Source of the DNA: Toensbergia leucococca
Lineage: Eukaryota
Length of the DNA: 64,000 nt
Direction: 5' to 3'
Assembly (NCBI GenBank): GCA_022813965.1
Contig: JALDZS010000007.1
Span: 1 to 64,000 of the forward strand
Part shown: positions 55,012-64,000 of the stretch, one piece after another
Layout of the letters: the number at the start of each line of letters is the position of its first letter
Position numbering within the stretch: position 1 is the first letter of the stretch
Notes under the pieces: model-generated
Database searches by the model: none
Told to the model about the DNA's origin: nothing
The model's input: the letters and a program-made list of their open reading frames with translations, nothing else
Translations under genes and position numbers: made by a program

Positions 55012-56164
55012 ACAGGTAACGGAGGGAACTTTGCTCAAGTTGGAAAGTCAATAGGAGCAAAGGAGCAGCGTGTCGGGTGTGACTGGCTTTCGGGGTTCCC
55101 CGGCGGTGGGTTCAGTGGTAGCGGTGTCTGATCGTCTGTTTTGTTTGCTCTGCTCTCATGTAGTACTCTGTGTATGCATACTTGATATTACATTTCGTCT
55201 ATCTTGAGATTACTTATTCGCTGTAGAGGTGTCAATTCCCGCCTAACTGCAAGTAATCGAGTTCCCTTGAGAATCTGAAACCCACTTGTTCTCCAAACTA
55301 TCAATACGTGATATGCAAGACATTTACCTATTCTGCGTGCGCTTGAGTTTCAAGTACTGACTTTTCTATTACGAGTACACTATCAGTACGATCACCAGAT
55401 TACTTACGGTAGTGATACAATGAAAGTAGGGTTTGCTGGGTCTGGCTATATTCGAATGATGTGGTGCCCTGGGAAAGGCGTACACACGAAATCTCCAATA
55501 CTTTTCCTTGCAAGAGACGCTGTATGATGGTTCAGGTTTTTATTTGCATGAATGATGTGCACCATTGGACGAAGATACCGGACTTTTGTTACATACTCCT
55601 TATGAAGGAGATATCTTCTTGATATCTTGCAATGTTACACGTTCTGGGAGTAAGCAGTAGGGTGTTTCTATTGAATGCTATGCCAGTCTAATCGTGCCAT
55701 GGTGTTGTTTTCAGTACTTGGTTGACATATGATTATGTGATAAGGGTGAAAAATTGAGTAAAGAATTCTGAGATGTCATAAGATGTCCCAAGAGTCATTT
55801 CAGTTCTTTCCATTCATACCCCAACAATGTTGAAGGCTGTACATACTTTGAGTGTGTATTCTCACCCACTCGAATATTCACGCCATCTATTCCTTTGATA
55901 TTGGACGAAAGTTTCGTGTTTTTAGGAGAGATGCTTTTGGGTGGTCTTCTTGCTTCAATCAGCACGATTGATTGGGATATGAGTGTACGAATGTACCCTA
56001 AGTATTTCTATCCATTACCCCTTATTTCTGAAACTAATTTCTACACTGGACCTATCTAATGCTCCCTTGAGTATTCCTATCCCAATGCCGCGGTGCATAT
56101 TTCTATTCTAATACAATGCAGCTCCCAGACCGCTATGCTCTGAACGCTGAACCAGAAAGGTGAT

Positions 56165-57620
56165 CTAAAAACCTAAACATATGCACAATACGACACATGT
56201 ACATATGATACTCTCAATATGGATTTCTTTCCCTGTCATGCCTGTTCCTGTCTTGGTCGCCATTGTGGACGGTGCAGTTGCGGTGTTCCTTGAAGGCACG
56301 GGTATAGTGCTCGAGGCAGGCTGAGTCGTGGCGAGATGCACAACAGGTAAGGTGTCCGGCGGGGCAGTCCCGTTGATAAGGAGACCTTGCATGACTTCTA
56401 GCGCCGACATCTGCTGCCCGACTCCGTAAAGTCCGTCCCAATTATTGGTGTACCACCTCGACCCACATGTCACGCCGTCTGATCCGCCAGAGCATGAGGC
56501 GGCTGCGCCAGTGGCGGAGGCACGTAAAAGAGTGGTTATGGCGTCGAGGGTGTAGGGTGCCATTTGTGTCGTTGCCCACATGAAGCGAGCAAGATAGGCT
56601 TTGAAGCTTTGGGCGTCGAGGTCGCACGAGGAGTCCTCCTCGCAGCTGGGTTCATACATGATGTTTGTGGAGTTGGAAAATGGGGAGAAGAAGGTTGCGC
56701 AGGCGGTCAGAAGGCCGCTTGTGCGGGTTTCCCAAATCGAGGAGCCGTTAGTATAATTATACATCACTGCGGCGCCGTAGAGCCAGATGGCAATATTGTA
56801 GGTGAGCTGGACGTGATCGAGGGAGGAGCAGTTCATCGTGTCGTCTGTGCCGTCGTACACGTCATACCTTGGGCCTATCAAGCCGACTCCTTCGGTCCAA
56901 TTGTAGCTCTTCTCTGCCCAATCAACGTATGTTTGGTTGCCAGTGTAATGAGCAAGGCGAGCAGCAAGCTGAAAGAACCCGCCATTGGAGATGGCGTTCT
57001 TATAATCATAACCCTTGTTAGAAGGAAAGATTTGCCACTTGAGCCCTCCATTGCAGGATCCTAAACCCCAACGAAAGACTTGTGTATTCCATAGGGCCTC
57101 CACTAACGAAAGCCACTGCAATGAGGATGAAGCCGGATCAGGGAAACCATGTTCTACTGCTGACATGACTGCGAAGCCCCAGAATGCTTGGTCATCATTT
57201 CCCTCGTTTGTCATTTGTGCTGGGACCATGTAATCATCTGCCGGCCCTACTTGGCTAAGTAAGGCTTGGGTAGTGATGTTGTTATAGGTTGTATCGTTTG
57301 TGTAATGCCAGTAATCGACCATAGCTCCCCACATGGCCCCGGCTTCCCACCAGTAGTAGGGACCTGGTAAAAGTCCAACCAGCGGTCCGCCGGTGGTGTT
57401 GCCTGTGTAATACTGGATCATTCCGTGGGCAATGACACTGGTAGCATTTCTTATCGATGCTAGTGCATAGACCTCTTTGTTAGCTGTCACTGTTTGATTG
57501 CAGGGAATTCGACTGATACCCGTACATACCGCCATCATCGATATTCAACTCCACTGCAACAGCCGAGAGAGCTGCTATCGCGACCTGCACGGCAACACAA
57601 TGTCCCCAAGAGATTTTCAT
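56165..57620 (-). CDS. GH76 Dfg5/Dcw1-like alpha-1,6-mannanase/transglycosidase, probably GPI-anchored. Exons 57620-57530, 57459-56165
   Basis: Signal peptide, YYWWEAGAMWG, catalytic EGNDDQAFW, CNGGLKWQI, YKNAISNG, SFKAYLAR, Ser/Thr stalk and hydrophobic C-terminus. Confidence 0.92.
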
Positions 57621-58299
57621 GGCGCTAGTTGTTGATTGCTGTACATGTTTGATAGATGGTGGAGGGCAAAAAGCAATTAGCTCAGAAAAGGGAATAAAAG
57701 GAATAAATAGGAATCTAGGAGAGAATGCCAAGTAGCTGATAAGATCAATGAATGAAATCGAAGTCAGACCTCATGAAGCCTGCTTCTTTCTCTTCTATGT
57801 ACCTTTATGTTAATAGAAAAAAGAACAATATACACCTAGTACCTACTTAATGGGTGTTTCTGATGCCCTACTCGGTACCTCGCCGAGCTCGCCTGCTCGC
57901 CTACTCGTACTAGTACCATACCCTGGTGCCTGGACATATCACATGCATGTGATCGTCGTTCTGCAGGCAAGACTAGGCGGCCACACGAGTAGGTAGGGCT
58001 GAGACAGACATGGATCGCTTTACTTTAAGGTATTTCTCCAATCCCGACTTCCCGAGGCCTCAACGGTCGTGATACAAAAAGGAAAAAGGCATCAGTCAAC
58101 TAATTACAGTTATGCTCTTTCAACAACATGACGAGAATGGGCAAGATCCTTCTGCCGAAGCTTACTACAACAACGTTCTGCCTTCGACTTCTGACGCACC
58201 CTCGTGCTTATCGCACGTCAGCTGAGCCTCTCGAAACGCAGGCACAAGCCGGCAATACTTGTCTGAATTTGAGCGTCTAGCTTTCCTGTATACCTGAAA

Positions 58300-61200
58300 A
58301 TGGCACCCGAAGATGAGTCCAAGAATAGGGTGGGCCATAAGCTCACCAAAGAATCTAAGCCTTCAAGAGCTTCCTCTTTGCACTATCCCGACCGATTGAA
58401 GTCTACCGAAGATGCCCATGAAGATGTCACTGCTCCAAAGGGCAAGCCTACACAATACATGAATCAGTCTGTGTTTTCTATGATTGCAGCAGCTGGCTCC
58501 AAAGTCGACTTCAATGCCCGTTTCGACGACGATAGCAGTGATAGCGATGAGGACCATGAAGTTGTGGCACCCCCGGGAGCTGAGGAGCAGGACCCTGGTG
58601 AATTAACACCAGAACTTGCTGCAAAGCAAAAAGAGCAAATCACATCAAAGCCAAAGCGTCACAGCAAATTTTCCGAGCGCAAGATGCTTAGGCCTTTACC
58701 GAAACTCAACCTGAGAACTATAAAAGAGAAGAACTACATGTCAAAGAGCAGCCGTCTACCTTTGACAGAAACACCCTCGCCTGCTGGTAGCTCCAAAAGC
58801 ACAACGCCTCGAGATGCTCCTGTGATGAGTAGGATGTTGGAAGCACAAGCACAGCTAATATCATCTATAACGGGTGCCGACGAGAAAAAAGATGGCTCTA
58901 TTGATTCAGACAATCTAGAGGAGGAAGGTGACTCCACGAGCCTCGAATCACGCCTCAGGGAGATATTTGGTTACGAGGAGCCAGAAGAGGTAATATCTGG
59001 TCAGTAGAAAACTATCGTTGCACCTTGTTGTCCACTGATCGAATCAAAGAATATCCATGCTGGTTGTTACAAAGTGTCCTTCTTCAAGGGTATATGTACA
59101 TCACTCGAAAGCACATCTGCTTTTATGCATATCTACCCAAGAAATCTGTAAGCTACTCTGCAACGAATCTGAAGCTGTCGAATACTCACAGTATCTGTAG
59201 AATATAACAGCCAAGTCTGGCTATCTCTCCAAGCGTGGCAGGCAGAATCCGACGTATAATCGCTACTGGTTTACCTTGAAAGGAGATGTATTGTCTTACT
59301 ATACCGACCCGTCCGACCTTTATTTCCCTAGCGGGAACATCGACTTGCGCTATGGGATATCTGCTGCCTTATCTGAAAAAAAAGACAAGGGCAAAGATGT
59401 TTCTCACTTTTGCGTCATCACGAATCAGCGGACGTATCACTTCAAGGCAGACAGTGCTTCGAGTGCCAAGGAATGGGTCAAGACACTGCAAAAAGTCATA
59501 TTTCGATCTCACAACGATGGGGATAGTGTCAAGATATCCCTTCCTATAGAGAATGTTATCGACATTGACGGTAGTCCCGTTATTGACTTCGCTGATACTT
59601 TCAAGATCCGCGTAGTAGATAATGATGAGACTTACGCGATAGATGAGGCATGCCTAGTAACTCTCTGTCGTTGGCTTGAACTTGCTAATCTCTTTGTAGT
59701 ATTTCTTCTCTTTTTTCAGCTTTGGGAAAGATGCTTTTGATGTTCTACGTAACATGGTGGACGATACTGCTGCCCGAAAGATCCATACTGAGTTTTTGTC
59801 TCTCACACCGGGTAACGACGGCTCTGCTGGCCTCCGTGATGGCTCTTGCGACTCGGCGAAATCGCAGGATATCAGATCTCCCAGTCCCACCAATCATAAT
59901 GCGCCCTTACTCCGTGAAAAGGTTCGTGCTACGTTAGCAGCTAGTTCACCACTCGGCGGCAGCGGCAGAGCAAGTCCTCGCGCGAGTGGCGAATGGGGAA
60001 GAAGCAGTATGGATCTCAAGCGAAAGAGTATGGACCTCATGCAGGATTTGAATCGTACTAGTTTCGATCGAGTTGGGAGAAGTGCGAGCACCAGTAGAAT
60101 GAGTCTGACTAGGAAACGGGTTGAGGATAAATCCCCCCCACGGAAACATCAGGGATCTTCCGATTCCTACGTTCATTCACTTGAACAAGGCACTGAATCA
60201 TCCGTGCCTAACCGCTCAAGCGACGACACACAAGCATCTGCCAGCCAAATTCTTGACCGGAGTGATGTTTTCCATTCACCAACTATACATCGTCTTGTAC
60301 AGTCTCCTTCTGACATACAAGAAGACAATCAACGCATGTCAACAGCATTTACTCCCAAGTATTCTTTGGATGCAGATATCCGAGTACAGCCACCTTCAAG
60401 ATCTCATACACAACAAGCCTCGTCCAAAGATAATAGCGGAATACCCGAGACCACAAGTGATCTACAGCATTCAAACTCTACACCAACACTTCAACAGCTA
60501 GTCAAAGCTGGATCGTATCCCTTACAAAGAGCTGCCGGCTTTGCAGGCTATCTCCGTACGCGGTCGAAAAAGATGAGCCATCTGCTTGCGACAGAGTCCA
60601 TGGGCTATGTGGAAAAGGTATCAGGGATGTGGACAGGTGGTCGAAAACATTACGGCGAGGGCGAAGGGGTGATGCCGGATGATCGGCTGGAGGACATCGA
60701 AGACGAGGATGAGTCGGTTGGATACGGAGACAGATTCAGAACACACTTCGCTCTACCTGCATCCGAGAGACTCCAAGCCACCTACTTCGGCTACCTACAC
60801 CGTGTGCTACCACTTTATGGCAAGATTTACATTAGCAATAGAAAATTCTGCTTCCGGAGCCTTCTACCTGGTACAAGAACGAAAATGATATTGCCGTTAA
60901 AGGATATCGAAAACGTCGACAAAGAGAAAGGCTTTAGGTTTGGCTATTCCGGTCTGGTGCTTGTGATACGGGGCCACGAGGAGCTTTTCTTCGAATTCAG
61001 GCAATCGGATATCCGTGACGACTGCGCAATTACCCTCCTGGAGAATCTAGAGTCCATGCGATATCTACAGGAGTCTGGTTTATTAGCAAGAGAGGATAAG
61101 GCAGAGGCCGACACAGCGAAAGCTGAACATCAAATGCTGCAGGAGGCACGGCTAGAAGGCCATGTTGAGCATGAAATAAAGATGCCAACTTCGGCCGAAG

Positions 61201-62894
61201 GAACGGCACACGCTGGTGACGCTCCACCTATACTCTTCGATGATCCTCGAGCTTCGATAATCAACTTTAAGCCTACAGAATCCCTTCGGATTACTTGTCT
61301 CACAATTGGTTCGCGGGGTGACGTACAACCGTATATTGCACTTTGCAAAGGTCTGCTAGCCGAGGGGCACAAACCAAAGATTGCAACCCATGCTGAATTT
61401 GGGGCCTGGGTTCGGAGTCACGGTATTGACTTTGCGCCGGTCGAGGGCGATCCAGCAGAACTTATGAGGATATGCGTAGAGAATGGCATGTTTACATATT
61501 CATTTTTGAAAGAGGCCTCGGCCAAATTTCGAGGCTGGATCGATGAGCTTCTCTCGTCGGCGTGGCTAGCATGTCAAGAGACCGATATACTGATTGAGAG
61601 CCCCAGTGCTATGGCTGGGATCCATATCGCCGAAGCACTAGGAGTCCCTTACTTTCGAGCTTTCACCATGCCATGGACACGTACGCGGGCGTATCCTCAC
61701 GCATTTGCAGTACCAGAACACAAAATGGGCGGTGCATACAACTACATAACTTACGTTATGTTTGACAATGTCTTCTGGAAAGCAATTGCCGGCCAAGTCA
61801 ATCGTTGGCGTAAGAAAGAGCTCGGCCTGCAAAGCACAAATCTTGATAAAATGCAACCTAACAAGGTTCCTTTCCTTTACAACTTTAGCCCTTTTGTGGT
61901 GGTACCACCATTAGATTACAGTGACTGGATCCGCGTCACAGGGTACTGGTTTCTTGACGAGGCTGCCGGCTGGACACCACCTAAAGAACTTACAGACTTC
62001 ATTCGACAAGCTCGTAACGACAAGAGGAAAATTGTCTACATTGGCTTTGGTTCCATTGTCGTTTCTGATCCCGCCGCCCTAACGAAAACAGTTGTGGATT
62101 CAGTCCTCAAAGCAGATGTCCGCTGCATCCTGTCTAAAGGTTGGTCTGATCGTCTTGGCAACAAGCAGGCCGCAGATCCTGAAGTACCTTTACCCCCTGA
62201 AATCCTTCAGATTAAATCTGCTCCCCACGATTGGCTGTTCAAACAGATCGACGCGGCCGCTCATCATGGTGGAGCGGGCACCACTGGCGCGAGTTTAAGA
62301 GCTGGAATACCGACGATCGTGAAACCCTTCTTTGGGGACCAGTTTTTTTTTGGGTCACGAGTAGAGGATCTCGGTGTAGGAATTTGTATGAAGAAATTGA
62401 ACGTCAGCGTATTTTCACGCGCACTATGGGAGGCGACTCACAGTGAGAGGATGATCATCAAGGCAAAGGTCCTGGGTGAGCAAATCCGAAAGGTATGCTA
62501 AAGTACACCCATTCCTGTTCATAGCTCCACACAAGTTTCTCTCTTACTCCGTGATACTCCTCGCTTCTAGCAATCACTGACCTGATACTCTGACACATAG
62601 GAGGACGGCGTCGCAACTGCCATTCAAGCCATCTACCGTGATTTAGAGTACGCAAAGACGCTAATCAAGCGCCGGACTATGAATGCCGACAACGACACCT
62701 TCGTGGCCGATGAGGAGAGCTGGACTTTCATCGGCGACGAGAGTGATCCGGACTTGGTGAAACACATTGCCGAGTGGGAGCCCATGTCACACATACCACA
62801 CAGTGGAGACAAGCGGAGAGATATGCCTGGGACTGGGGAGAAGACGTGGCTGGGAAGGCACAGTTCGATAGGGAGGAGGGAGTCGGTACGGTAA
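58300..62894 (+). CDS. atg26: Sterol 3-beta-glucosyltransferase Atg26/Ugt51 (GRAM, PH, GRAM and GT1 domains). Exons 58300-58999, 59050-59147, 59201-59647, 59700-62492, 62601-62894
   Basis: [19 protein letters not shown] domain, [23 protein letters not shown] and PHDWLF...[26 protein letters not shown]. Confidence 0.96.
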
Positions 62895-64000
62895 TGGGAA
62901 TGGAGACGGACGTGATAATAATCGGAATGGAAGATGGAAACCCTTAACCTGAAGCAGGGAACAGAGACGGTGCATTTGACGGTGCGTGGGTTTGGGGCAG
63001 GCGAATACCTACGATACAATCTGGTTTACCTTCTTTACTTTTGGCGCATTGCTGCGTTCCGAGCGATATCCTAATACTACTTTGTCCCATATTAGGATTT
63101 TCTTGAAGGGGGACTGTTTTGTTTTCCTTTTTTTTGTGGACCGTCGCTTGAAACTCCTGTTACCTGTCCCCCTTTTTTGAAAGATACCTTGGAGATTCAT
63201 GTTTCCGTTGTTCCCATTTCGGACAGGCGTTTTTGGATGAGGGTTTCAGGGCGTAATTTCCCCCATTCTCTTTTCAAGTTTCTCTGTAGATTTTTAGAAA
63301 AGAATACTCATCCTGGCTTTCTGTGATTGGATGGATTTGACGGGGGGGCGCCTAGTTGGGGATCCTACCTACCATGGCTTGTTCGGAGATTTAGTTCGTA
63401 GAGGGTTTTTTTGGAGGGGGGGGTGGTTTTGAGCACATGCTATTTCAATTGATACTCTAAAAACCAACCCTTCCTACGGCGAAAGATTTTTCTCTTCTTG
63501 CGGTGCCAACACTCCAGATGAGAATCTTTTACCTTTTTTCCCCCTTTGACAAGACCGGCAGCACATCGACTTTGTGTATCTCCCAGCTCGCTCCATCTCG
63601 ACTGTCATCTTTTCCCATACTAAATTCCAAATATTCTGCTAATTCACCTGCGCACCCTAGCTCCCCCCCCGCAAAAGATTTAGTGAAGAGCATTTACCCA
63701 AACCAGCGGGCGAAACATATCAGCATCGAGCAGTCAGAAGAAACCGCATGTTGGGCGGGAAAATAAATAGATATTCATTCCACATCAACACACGCCCTAT
63801 CTAAATCGATCGCACGCTCACCACAATCAAACCTACCTAACTTACACGCTCAAAACCTCCTCAACAAAAAAGATCTCCCCCCAATCTCGCTCGTATCATT
63901 CAAAGATAACCGGGCACAAAATCCCTCCCTCGGGGCTTCCACAAAAAGGTATTTCAAAAAAGCCGACCCGAATCCGCGACCATGCATTCGAAAAACAAAG

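Overview
Gene-dense, intron-rich euchromatin from a filamentous ascomycete (Pezizomycotina). Most introns are 45-120 nt with GT-AG ends and CTRAY-like branch sites; the exact taxon cannot be fixed from the sequence. I could model about 22 protein-coding genes exon by exon. In order: Cyp40-type cyclophilin (3' end), mitoribosomal mL58, an uncharacterised protein, Bud2-like RasGAP, Dug1 dipeptidase, Opy2, class III chitin synthase, Ubc12, a WKF-domain protein, Spc98/GCP3, a cellulose-synthase-like GT2, Nop56, CCT-zeta, a GH47 mannosidase, Ldb17/Dip1, eIF3e, mL49/Img2, ARID Swi1, Rpt3, Pep4, a GH76 Dfg5/Dcw1-like protein and Atg26. There is also one tentative orphan gene. I saw no rRNA, tRNA, transposon, CRISPR or secondary-metabolite cluster, and no clearly new multi-gene system. 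The best leads are in RNA processing and regulation: an obligatory 2-nt microexon in pep4; a spliced uORF whose stop overlaps the swi1 start in a leader with three intron-like segments; two GC-AG introns; a recurrent intergenic TACG(G)AGTA motif; and sharp GC-skew flips at gene ends. On the protein side, the GT2 has a non-canonical QxxRW motif. All product names rest on motif recognition by eye, not database searches.
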